This document shows, piece after piece, positions 9,720 to 20,509 of a DNA stretch of 64,000 bases (its first letter is position 1; each line of letters begins with the position of its first letter). The stretch comes from Antechinus flavipes (taxonomy: Eukaryota). Both the position numbers and the translations under genes were made by a program. The stretch is taken from positions 9,548,001-9,612,000 of the forward strand of contig NC_067401.1 in assembly GCF_016432865.1 (NCBI RefSeq). The letters run 5' to 3'. The notes beneath the pieces were generated by a model. That model saw nothing but the letters and a program-made list of their open reading frames with translations. It was not told the origin of the DNA and did no database searches.

Positions 9720-10135
9720 CCTGCCCCATGGCCTATCTTCCTAAAACACAGCTCTAACTATATCCCTCTCTGGCTCAGTAAACATCAGTGGCTCCCTATT
9801 ACCTCCAGGATCAAACATAAAGCTAAAGTTTTCCCTATGTGACCCCTTCCTACCTTCCCAGGCTTCTTATGTTTCATTTTTTGTTCAGCCGCTTCTCATC
9901 CTCCTCACTCCATCTTCTAAATCTATGCTCCCTGTCGTACTGGTTGTCTGTCATAAATGCCCCCCCGTCTTCCCTTCTTGTTCCCATTGCTTTCCCTCGG
10001 AGGTTACTTCCTATTTATTTTTTCTGAACATTTATTTATAAATTCTCCCCTTCCCCCCGCCACCGACTAGAATGTGAACTCCTTGAGGACTTAGAAAAAG
10101 GGATTGGTATATAGTAGGTGCTTAATAAATGTCTC
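9720..10135 (+). mobile_element. L2 LINE 3' remnant
   Basis: atcttcctaaaacacagctct..cagtggctccctattacctccaggatcaaa..gaatgtgaactccttgaggac..tagtaggtgcttaataaatg (L2 3' end). Confidence 0.7.
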
Positions 10136-11040
10136 CTGATCCAGTTAGATGCAGAATATGAATTAAGGTACATTTGGAGAGGGGGAATTCCTCAAGGTGA
10201 ATTCAATGAATTCCCAGGCCCTTTTATTTTTAAAGGGAGAAATCTGGAGATTTCAGAGAAATATAAGAAGATAGATAGGAACTGATGTTAAGGTTAAAAA
10301 TAGAATCAAGAAATCAGTTTGCTCAGTAATTGCAACAATAGAATGAAAATAATTCTAAAGGAAACAAGATTTTGAGCATAGGAAAATCCTGGAAAGCCTT
10401 GGGGAGGAAAGAAGGAAATCCTGTATCCCACCTTTGGCAGAAAGGTCACAGATGACCAGGGCAGAACACCGGGGAGATCATCAAATGCTTCTCTCAGACA
10501 CATTTTCCTTTGATTCCATCGGCATTGAGGAAAAAATTGAAAATGATTGTGAGATAAATACAGGATACAGAGGCACCAATAAAATGCATCATAAATATAT
10601 TCTAAGTGAACAGACTCCTTCCTAGAGAGGCTGGGAGGAAACACACAGGTAGGAGTGGCCTATTAGGGGCTAAGCTCTGTACAGATTGTCTCATGTGGAC
10701 CAAAGGAGCTTCCCTGAGAAGCCGAGGGCTTGAGCTACGAGGCTTGGGGGTGTGAAGAAGGCTGGTGGGCCTAGTGGGGAGCCCAAAGGGGAGCTCTGGG
10801 CACCTCCCTGCTCCTTCACTGCAGGGGCCTCCTGTTGAATTCAACTGACTGGCCCCGGACTTGGAGCTTCTGGTCAAATTCTGAATCTGCTGCCTCCTTC
10901 AGGCTCTGGACAAATCCCCCTAGTTTCAATCTAACCATCAAGGCCCTTTGTTTATCGGCTCCTTTCTGGGCAGACTCCAGATAACGGAGGTTGTTAGAAA
11001 AGTGACCTCACGTCCCTTGGTGTGTTCTGTCTTCCAACAG

Positions 11041-11151
11041 AGGGGATGCGAGAGAGGCTGGGATTCCAGAGGCTGCTAAGATGCCTTTCCTGGTCATCGT
11101 GGAGCAGGAGGAAGGGCCGGGCTAACAGCCCCACCGACAGCCCAGAGGAGG
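11041..11151 (+). CDS. C2orf72: C2orf72 orthologue, coding exon 2
   Basis: ttccaacag| acceptor, |gtaagt donor, 111 nt, phase 1-1. EGMRERLGFQRLLRCLSWSSWSRRKGRANSPTDSPEE resembles human [25 protein letters not shown] as recalled. Confidence 0.88.
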
Positions 11152-12733
11152 GTAAGTGTGATCCATCCCATGATGCATCTGGAGGGAACAATGCCTTCCC
11201 TTCTCTGGGGCATCCCCAGGGGGTCCACCCATCTGGCTTCAGGCTCCCTGGACTTTAGGTTCCTGCCTAACTCCTTTCTGTCTCCACATTGCCTACCTCT
11301 TCCCCCCAGTGGTTTCTATTCTGACCTCTGCAGAGACCTCAGTTTCCTTTTCTGGACATTTCTCTGTCTCTTTTTGAATATAAGTGGATAACTGAACACC
11401 AAATATTCATTAGTAATCCACTGTGCCAGGTATTGTGCCCAGCCCTGGGGGAGTGGGGGCACAAACATTAAAGCCAGACCCACTCTTGACTTAAGGAGTA
11501 TACATTTTAGTAGCGGAAGAGAATGCATACAGGGGAATGGTGGTAATGGGAGTCCGGGGAGTGTTGAATGGAACCTTAGAAAGGGAAATAAGCATTTATT
11601 AAATGCCTACTGTCTGCCAGGCACCACGCTAAATGCTTGACAAATATTGTCTTATTAGGGCAGTTGATTGACATGCCCTTTCTGGGAGTAAGCATGATGT
11701 TGCTTTTATTATTAGCCTTGGATTAAGTTCATTCATTCATTCATTGACTCAGTCATTTTTTCAGAACTTTTCTTTTGGCATCTTTCTATGGAACTCGATC
11801 CCAAGAGTATCAGAAGTATAACTTCCAAACTGGCTGAACACCCCTCACTTTTTTTCTCTGTGCCTCATCTCTCCTCTGTTTCTTGGTATCTTCTTCAAAA
11901 ACTTGGAAAGCCAGAATCAAGAGGAAAGTACGAGAAGCCAAAGGGCTGAGGTGGGCGTCATGGAAGGAAAATAAGCTTCCTTGTAATCAGAGCCATTCAA
12001 AAGAGACCCGATTGCCTGGTGCTGAGCTCACCGTCACTCAGTCTTCCAGCAGGGACTAAGTGCCAAAGATTGAGGATAGTCTAGAGAGAACAGGTTCTTA
12101 TTCATATAAGTTAGACTGGAAGTCCCTTCCTGCTCTTGATCTATCATTTCCTTTCCCCGGACCTCAGTTTCCTCATCTGTAGATGAGAGATTTAACACCA
12201 AGTGCTGTGGGGGGTGGGAAACAAAGATGTGGCACAGGAAAGATCACTGGCTTTGGAATCTGAGAAATGGGCTTGAATTCAGGCTCTGACATTTATTGAA
12301 TCATCTTGGGCAAATCAGTTTCCCTTCCCTTCTCAGTTTTCCCCTTCTACAAAATGAAACAATTGGACTAGCTGAATTCCTGCTTCTTACAGTGTGAAAA
12401 GAGGACTGGACTTGGAGTAGAAGAACTAGATTCAAATCCTGACACGGTCATTTACCATCTGTGTGACTTTGGACAAGTCCCTTCCTTTCCTGGCCTCAGT
12501 TTACTCATCTCTCAAATGAGAAGTGGGGTTAGATCTCTTCCAGCTTTGACATTCTGAGATTCTTCCATGTTTCCTTCCTCAAGTTTCTCAAGGTCTTTTA
12601 GTAGTTCAGAGCAAAAGAAGCCCAGACCACCCAGACAAGGTGCAGAACACAGAGGAGAAACTTTTGAGATTTCATCAAGGGAGTCCCTTGATCCTGAGCA
12701 TCACAAGGGAAAGGCTCTGTCCCCACCTCACGA

Positions 12734-13359
12734 NNNNNNNNNNNNNNNNNNNNNNNNNNNNNNNNNNNNNNNNNNNNNNNNNNNNNNNNNNNNNNNNNNN
12801 NNNNNNNNNNNNNNNNNNNNNNNNNNNNNNNNNNNNNNNNNNNNNNNNNNNNNNNNNNNNNNNNNNNNNNNNNNNNNNNNNNNNNNNNNNNNNTCTNNNN
12901 NNNNNNNNNNNNNNNNNNNNNNNNNNNNNNNNNNNNNNNNNNNNNNNNNNNNNNNNNNNNNNNNNNNNNNNNNNNNNNNNNNNNNNNNNNNNNNNNNNNN
13001 NNNNNNNNNNNNNNNNNNNNNNNNNNNNNNNNNNNNNNNNNNNNNNNNNNNNNNNNNNNNNNNNNNNNNNNNNNNNNNNNNNNNNNNNNNNNNNNNNNNN
13101 NNNNNNNNNNNNNNNNNNNNNNNNNNNNNNNNNNNNNNNNNNNNNNNNNNNNNNNNNNNNNNNNNNNNNNNNNNNNNNNNNNNNNNNNNNNNNNNNNNNN
13201 NNNNNNNNNNNNNNNNNNNNNNNNNNNNNNNNNNNNNNNNNNNNNNNNNNNNNNNNNNNNNNNNNNNNNNNNNNNNNNNNNNNNNNNNNNNNNNNNNNNN
13301 NNNNNNNNNNNNNNNNNNNNNNNNNNNNNNNNNNNNNNNNNNNNNNNNNNNNNNNNNNN
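12734..13359. other. Assembly gap (N run) next to a (CT)n tract
   Basis: Run of N with an isolated tct at 12894-12896. Confidence 1.
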
Positions 13360-13444
13360 CTCTCTCTGAGTCTCTGTCTCCTCCCCTTCTCTTTTTTCTT
13401 TCTTCCTAATTGTCATTGATATAGTTTTAAGATGATGTTTAGAG

Positions 13445-13589
13445 TGCTTGCCATCTGGGGGAGGGGGTGGAGAGAGGGAGGGGAAAAATCGGAACAGAAG
13501 TGAGTGCAAGGGATAATGCTGTAAAAAATTACCCTGGCATGGGCTCTGTCAATAAAAAGTTATTAAAAAAATAAATTTAAATTAAAAAA
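13445..13589 (+). mobile_element. 5'-truncated young L1 3' end with 16-bp TSD
   Basis: L1 3' UTR end (tgcttgccatctgggggagggg..gagtgcaagggataatg..aataaaaagtt) plus A tail, flanked by perfect AAGATGATGTTTAGAG at 13429-13444 and 13590-13605; target TTTT/AAGA. Confidence 0.92.
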
Positions 13590-14326
13590 AAGATGATGTT
13601 TAGAGCTAGCTTTATATCATGCCAGGAGATAATAATGCCTGATACATGTGATGCTTTGGGATAATAATAGGTGATGTTTATATAGCATTATCATATAGAT
13701 GTATTTCAAGAGAGTAATAACTGATGTTTGGATAGAAGACTTTAAGATAATCCTAATAATACCCGACAATCCAGCTGACCTACCTGCTGACATAAGATTT
13801 ACAAAGGGAGCCACCCCCTTTGAAGACCTTAATGTGAAGACTACCTTAGTTGCCACATTGCCTTCTTCTTGAAGTCCGGGAGTCTGGGCGGGCTTCTTGA
13901 TGTCCAGGGGGTGCATTCTAAAGTAGCATGGAAGTCCCTTCATGTCTTAGCATCTCACTGATTTTGATGCCATTGCGCACTTTTCTCCTAGGGGCCCAAG
14001 AAGGAAAGACAGACGAATGTTGAAAGATTTCTCTGTCTGTAAGACCAGAGCCCTTGAGCGAGGGCATGACACTCAGACCATTCCTTAGGAATGCCCAATC
14101 TATTGAAATACCACTGAAGATTATACAGAACTCTTGTTTTCAGTTCATTAATAATACCCTTCTCCCCTCTCCCCCCAAAATGCCCAAGGTTCAGATACTT
14201 CTAGATCCAGCTGGGCCTCACATCCTTCCTAACTTCCTCACTGGGTCACTTGCCCATTGTCTACTGTTTGATCCTCTTTTCTTTTTCTTCCTCCTGGCCA
14301 ATCCCCTCCCTTTTTCTCTGCTATAG

Positions 14327-14418
14327 ATGGTTTCCAGAACCCCTCAGAAGAGCTGGCACTGACAGTTCTATCTCCCAATGGACACTGTGAGGACATCGAG
14401 GGAAGGATAGGAGCCTAA
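14327..14418 (+). CDS. C2orf72: C2orf72 orthologue, coding exon 3 (terminal)
   Basis: Long pyrimidine tract then ctatag|. DGFQNPSEELALTVLSPNGHCEDIEGRIGA-TAA resembles human [21 protein letters not shown] as recalled. Exons total 826+111+92=1029 nt, i.e. 342 aa plus stop. Confidence 0.88.
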
Positions 14419-15114
14419 ATGCCCTAGACCACCGCCCAGATCCTGGATTGACAAGTTGTGAGCACCAGTGAGACTAGGACACTTGGGTTCTGTTCCTGCT
14501 TCTGCCTCATCTTGAGGACTGAAGCTGGGCCTTTCCCTGTTCCATGCTCTAGTCTTATCCCCATGTCAAGTGGAAGGTGATGCTATCTGTCACCTCTATA
14601 CCTTCCACTAATGCGGTGAGACTGGGCTGGTGATCGAAGAGGAAATACGTCTCATTGGCCTGAGCAGCAGATGGTAAAAATGGGCTCTCTGGGATCTGCT
14701 CCTAATCCAGAGCTATCTTACTTTGTGATCAAGGCTGTTACTTCATCTTTCTATGCCTCAGTTTACCAATCTGTAAATTGAGAAGACACACTCACCTCAT
14801 AGTGGTGTCATGTGAAGTCCCTGCCTTGGGAAGGGTAACCTAGGACTTTGTAGATCTACAGTGTTATAGCAATCCTCCATGTTGGTTAATATGCATGATG
14901 GGCTTGGTGTGTGTACACAGTCGTACACATTCCTCCTTTCCACTATCATGTAGTGGAAAGAGCATTAGCCTAGAATTTAAGGCTCTGATCCTATCTCACT
15001 AACTAGAAAACTAGAGGCCTCGGTTGCCTTATTCGTAGAGTGAAAGGAATGGACCAGATGACCTTAAAAAGTCTTTTCTAACTCTGACATTCCTAGATTG
15101 CATCCTTGAGGATC

Positions 15115-15156
15115 AATAAATATACCTTGAGGACAAATAAATACAATATAAATAAA
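15115..15156 (+). terminator. Probable C2orf72 polyadenylation signals (3x AATAAA)
   Basis: AATAAA at 15115, 15136 and 15151, about 700 nt after the stop, followed by a GT/T-rich tract (~15217-15240). Confidence 0.6.
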
Positions 15157-16136
15157 CATACTGTTAAAAAAAGATTCTTATAAGCACTGGAAGTTTAAGC
15201 CAAGTCTATCCATAATTTGTTGTTGTTGTTGTTTTAATGTTTAATTGATGCCCTCTGTTTTTTTTTTTTATCACAGTCATTTTCTTTAGCCTGCTAGCTC
15301 ACTCTTAACCGAGAAAAAATATTGTCATGGAATCGATCAGCACCAGGAGCTGTCCCCATGGCAGAGCTCTTGGGCCCTGAGCCATTTAATAAGATGTCTT
15401 ATGCAATTCTTCTGGTCCTGCTGGCCTTTTAGGGTCTACAAGTGTTTTCCCTGATTGCAGTCACTGTAATTTCATTCATTTTTTTTTACTGAATAGACTC
15501 CTAAAAGACTATAGCACACGCTTCTAAATGTGTTTTTTAAAAAGAGTCCTGGTACGAACCCCATACTGCATAGCTGATTCGAAGCTGTACTTTGCCACAA
15601 ATATTTGGCACCTCATTTTTCTGAACTTCAACTTCCTCCTCTGTAAAATGAGGGTTTGGATTTGATCTCTGAGGCCCTATCCGGAGAATCTTTTGTTTTT
15701 ACGTCTCGCTCATTTCAGAGGCTAGCCCACCACTCTGTTCCCTACCCAGACGCTCTCCTCTATGGTGACTTTCTGACTGAATTTCCCAGTCAGGCAAGTG
15801 ACCTTTCCCCTTCAGAGTTCCAAGTTCCTGAGAGGTTGAGATATTTCTTTTCTATCTCTTTGGGTTGGGCCCCCACCAGCTTTGTTTTTCCCTACTAGTA
15901 GGGATCTAAGGCTAATGCCCTATTTCCATTAAACCACTTAAAATCTTTTAGCTTTTACAAAGGGGCTTTTTACTTCAAAGATATAGCCAGAACAGAATGT
16001 ACAAACATTCCCCCAAAGCTCCTTTGGCATCTTCTCCTTATTAGATCAATTCCTACATAATACTGGTACCATCAGGTTTATATCCAATGACATTATCTCT
16101 GCTGAATGATCCTTGTCTCAGAACCCCAAAGCTATT

Positions 16137-16485
16137 TCTTTTTTTAATAGCTTTTGATTTTCAAAATATATGCAAAGATAGTTTTCAACATTCACTCTTG
16201 CAAAACCTTGTGTTCCAAATTTGTCTCCCTTCCTTTCCCTCTCCCCCCTCCCCTAGATGGCAAATAATCCAATATACGTTAAATATGTGCAATTCTTCTA
16301 TATGTATTTCCACAATTATCACACTGCGTGAGAAAAATCAGATCAAAAAGAGGAAAAAAATGAGAAAAAACAAAAAGCAAGCAAACAACAAAAAGGTGAA
16401 AATGCTCTTTTGTGGTCCACACTCAGTCCCCACAGTCCTCTCTCTGGGTGCAGATGGCTCTCTCCATCACATGTCTATTGGGACC
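16137..16485 (-). mobile_element. Marsupial L1 3' UTR fragment
   Basis: ttttcaacattcac..ccctcccctagatggcaaataatccaatata..gagaaaaatcagatcaaaaag..cactcagtccccacagtcctctctctgggtgcagatgg. Confidence 0.85.
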
Positions 16486-19400
16486 CAAAGTTACTTCTAA
16501 AAATGATCAATTCCTCTCCTTGTTCTTCAATTCTGACTGAAAAATTGAACTTGGATTCGTGTGACTCAGTTTCCCAATTTTCTGAAACTCCCATGGTTGA
16601 AGTCTCTGCTGTCTACATCCCAGTTTGAAAAGTGCACATGAAAAAGCCAAAGATAGATGTTTGTTTGTTGGGTCCCATGGCTTTGGAGGGGTCCCAAGGT
16701 CTTTCTCTGTATAGCATGGACTCTGTGAGCAAAGCAGCCTCTGAATAAAGCAAAAAAAATGATGAAGAGCAAGTGGCCAATGGCAACAGGTCAGGAACCT
16801 CCCTTTCTGCATTCAGTTTGCCACTGGAATCAGTTGCAAGATGTCTATACCTGCCCAACCCTCTTGCGAGAGACTTCCCATTCCTATCATCACAATTCTC
16901 CAGGAAACAAGTTCCCTAAATACCTTCCACGTGGAGAGGTTATATCAGCCAAAGAACTGATGGAGTCTGTGTGTCAGACTCCAATGACAACAAAATAGAA
17001 AAGAAAAATAAAGCAGATTTGTCAAAACCAGCCCATCAAATCAAGTCCGATAGTGTATGCGATGTTCTTCCTCCATTGGCCCCCACCTTGAAAAGATAGG
17101 AGGGAGGTACATCTTCTCATCTCTTCTCCATGGGAAAGCTTGGTTAATGATCACGACTGTGATGACTTCCTGAAGGAGCAGCTCTACTTAGACTGCTTTG
17201 TAGAAAAGAGACTGAAGGTAATCTCAGCTCTCCAGTTCCCAGATTCTTCTGGAGCATAACGGAACTCATCTGGGAGCGTTCTGGAGGTGAGAGTCAAGAT
17301 GGGGCTGTACTGAGAACTCAGGAGGGGAATGACTCTGCAGCCTTGTGAGGAGGGAGCCTTCCATTCTATGGCCCATCATCTGGAAATGGTGGGCCCGAGA
17401 GTCAAGCTCCCCATGGAGCAGATTAACTGAAGAGGAGATAAGTGATTGGGGATAATTGGAAACAGGAACCGGGTTGGAGCTATCATCTGGGCTTTTCAGC
17501 CATTGTTCAGAGTGACAGAATTTTTTCCTCGGTGTCCAAGAATCGGAGCTGGCCTTTTGTGAAAAGCCAAGAGAGCCATTTCCCCGGGGAAATGAAGCGT
17601 TCCTCTCTGCCCTGCCCTCCAGTTTAGAAGGAAGAGAAACGGGCTAGAGTCCAAATCCAGCTTTCTGAGGAGACACAGTCTGATGGAAGGATGGGCAGCT
17701 TCTGCCAAGGCATTTCAATGCTCTGGGTTTCCCATTCAGCAAATGAATTGAAACCAACTTCCATCTCTTAAAGCTGTCTCAAGGGAAAGAGCATGTGCCA
17801 GGACTGGCTTGGGGACCGAGCGATTTCTCCACACACAAGAGCGGCTTGAGTGAAACCGAGCCCGGCATTTTGGTGTGTGTTCAGTTTTTGTGGCTGAGAT
17901 CTTTTGCTTTTACATTTCCCGTGGGAAACGAGGCAACGCGGTAGATTGAGAGCTGGCTTTAGAATCAGGGAAACCAAGATTCAAGAGCTGCCTTTGACCC
18001 ACACAGGCTTCATGCCCCTGGACAAATCACTTCCTGGGTCAGGCAACACTTTTTAAGATGAGAGGCAGATTGGGAGCTGACCTACCCACTTACCAAGTTC
18101 AGGGTGGACCGTCTCCTTGTCTGGCTGTTCCTTATACCAGTGAAATCATATGTAGACCCTATTCCTATTATTTCCTAATATGTTCTTCCTCGAGAGCCAT
18201 TCCTTATCAGAGGGGGAAAAAAGGCAAAAAATCCAGCAAAAATAACCAAATGTTTGACATTTCACAGGGAATTGCACACTATAGTCTTCTACCTCTATGA
18301 AAAATGAATGGATGGCATCATCCAGCTCTTCTTTGGGGCTGAGTTTTCAGGATCTTATTTTAAAATGGGGACGATTGGTGTCTCTGAGATTGCCCAGGAG
18401 GTGGTGGTGGGTAGATATTTCTAGGGAGCTCTTTCCGTCCTTTTTTCTTGATCTACGTCTTGAGTAGGGGAGACTTGTCTGCTCCAATCTCTCTCTTGCT
18501 CTCTTTTTTTTGTTGTTGTTTTAAAGTTCTTCTTCAAAATCAGTCTTTCTAGATAAGACTTCTCCCGTCCTTCCCCAGCGAACCTTCCCTTCTAACAAAG
18601 ATGTGTATGTGTGTGGAGAGGGGGGAAGTTGAACAAAACTAACTGAGATATTGATCATGGCTGACAATGTCCACAATATTCCATACCCATAGTTCCCCAA
18701 TACTTTCCAGTATTTTCTGTGAAAAGAAGCCATTTTAAATTTACGCCATCCGTGGCTGCTCATGGGGTGTCTCTTACGGGCAGAAAACTGGGCTGGGAAT
18801 AAGAATCCAGCTCTCCCAGACTCCTGCTGATCTGAGGCTCAGCAATGAATACCAGATGGGGTCTAGGTTCTGCCCTTTCTGAGCCACAGCTGCTCTTAGA
18901 ACTTTCTGGAGCTTCTATTCCTCATCTTATTAAAGGGTGGAGAGAGGTAGTAACACTTTCATTAGCACTGACCTTTTAGGGCTAATGGGGAGCATGAGAC
19001 TTTGGCGACTAATAGTATCAGGCGTCAGAGCACCAAGCTATCGCTCTTGTCTGTTCACCTCCCCGACTCATGAAGGCCAACGGCCTCCTCCCAACCTTCC
19101 TGACCTTGAGTCTTTTCCAAAATAATAAACTCGCCAAGGTTGCTGTACCCATTCCCCCCACCCCCACCCCGAGGAGATGGTTGTTAAACTCAGAAGGAGC
19201 TTCCTTTTTGAGGTTGACCATCTCGGAGATCTTTAAAAATGGGAAGCATTCCTAGAGCATCCCAGTGGTTCTCAGGCTGGGATGACGAGGGTCTTCTGGG
19301 AAGCTCTGGTGCCATTGTTTTCTGGTTTATTTTCTGGTTTTTATATATCAATGTTTAACTTTTTCCAACATGAAGGAAGAACCTACTTATTTAATAAAAA

Positions 19401-19649
19401 TTAGATAATACCTTATTTTTGTCTTGTTAACATTTATTAATCATTCGTTTGAGCAAGAGTGGCAGTGCAGTCTAGTGGTTGGAGAGCCAATTTCAAAACC
19501 AAGAAGATCCAGGTCTAATTGTAGCTCTTACACGTATTGCCTCCATACAGCAAGTCACTTAATCTGGAACCACAGGAAAGTCAATAAATATTTGTTTTTT
19601 ATTTATATTTATTTAGTCCCAATTATGTACCAGACACGATGCTAAGTTT

Positions 19650-19854
19650 NNNNNNNNNNNNNNNNNNNNNNNNNNNNNNNNNNNNNNNNNNNNNNNNNNN
19701 NNNNNNNNNNNNNNNNNNNNNNNNNNNNNNNNNNNNNNNNNNNNNNNNNNNNNNNNNNNNNNNNNNNNNNNNNNNNNNNNNNNNNNNNNNNNNNNNNNNN
19801 NNNNNNNNNNNNNNNNNNNNNNNNNNNNNNNNNNNNNNNNNNNNNNNNNNNNNN
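19650..19854. other. Assembly gap (N run)
   Basis: Run of N. Confidence 1.
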
Positions 19855-20328
19855 TGTACAAATAAGCAATAAAGGCAGGCTGTACTTTGGAGCTCATCGG
19901 CCCAGGGAAATCCCCAGCACTGAAAGGCTTTGGGAAAGGCTTCTTCCCAGAGGTGATGGAGGGAAGGGGAGAGGAGAAAGAATTCTGGACCTGGGGCAGA
20001 ACCCAGAGAAATGCCAGAGTCGAGGGATGGGAAGGGGGAGCCAGAAGCGACCTCAGATGCCTTCTAGCACCGCCCCCCTTTTAACAGATGAGGAAAACCC
20101 ATTTTGTTTTTTCTCCTTTTTTCCCCTCTTTTTGATCTGATTTTTCTCGTGCAGTGTGATAATTGTGGAAATACATATAGAAGAATTGCACGTATTCAAG
20201 GTTAAATGGCTTCCCCACGCCCCTTACCCCTCTCAGTGAGCTTTTAGGCAACCCTCCAAGGTAACCCATTGCGGGAGGGCGCAGAGCTTCTGGGTGGAAG
20301 GAGTTTCCTCACTGAGCCCTCCCTAGAC

Positions 20329-20509
20329 CGGGGCTTCTTCAGCGTTTTCCACTCATGACCCCTTTTGTGCCTGAGAAGGTTTTACATGAGCTCAGGTAGA
20401 TAGAACAGGTTATACAAACCAAGCATTTACTGATAATAAATCACGATTCCATCCCCTCACGTTCAATTACGAGACCCTCTGTGGGGGACCCCCAGTTTGA
20501 GACGCTGGG
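20329..20509. mobile_element. hAT-Charlie-type MITE (resembles OposCharlie3a)
   Basis: 181 bp starting CGGGGCTTCTT, containing ttttccactcatgaccccttt and catttactgataataaatca, ending cagtttgagacgctggg. 8-bp flanks CCCTAGAC (20321-20328) and CCCTAGAT (20510-20517) fit an hAT TSD with a CTAG core. Confidence 0.75.

Noticed and set aside
12567-13509. ORFs of 259-303 aa (also those at 9005-9226 and 19613-19897)
   Set aside because: Artefacts of translating through N gaps.
13699-13872. 57-aa ATG ORF (MYFKRVITDVWIEDFK...) and its antisense 108-aa ORF in C2orf72 intron 2
   Set aside because: No recognisable similarity or splice context; length within chance.
17140-17400. Exon-looking DDFLKEQLYLDCFVEKRLK|gtaatc and a 10-bp hairpin at 17370-17395
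   Set aside because: No start codon or good acceptor and no known homologue; a 10-bp stem with a G-U pair is expected by chance in 64 kb.
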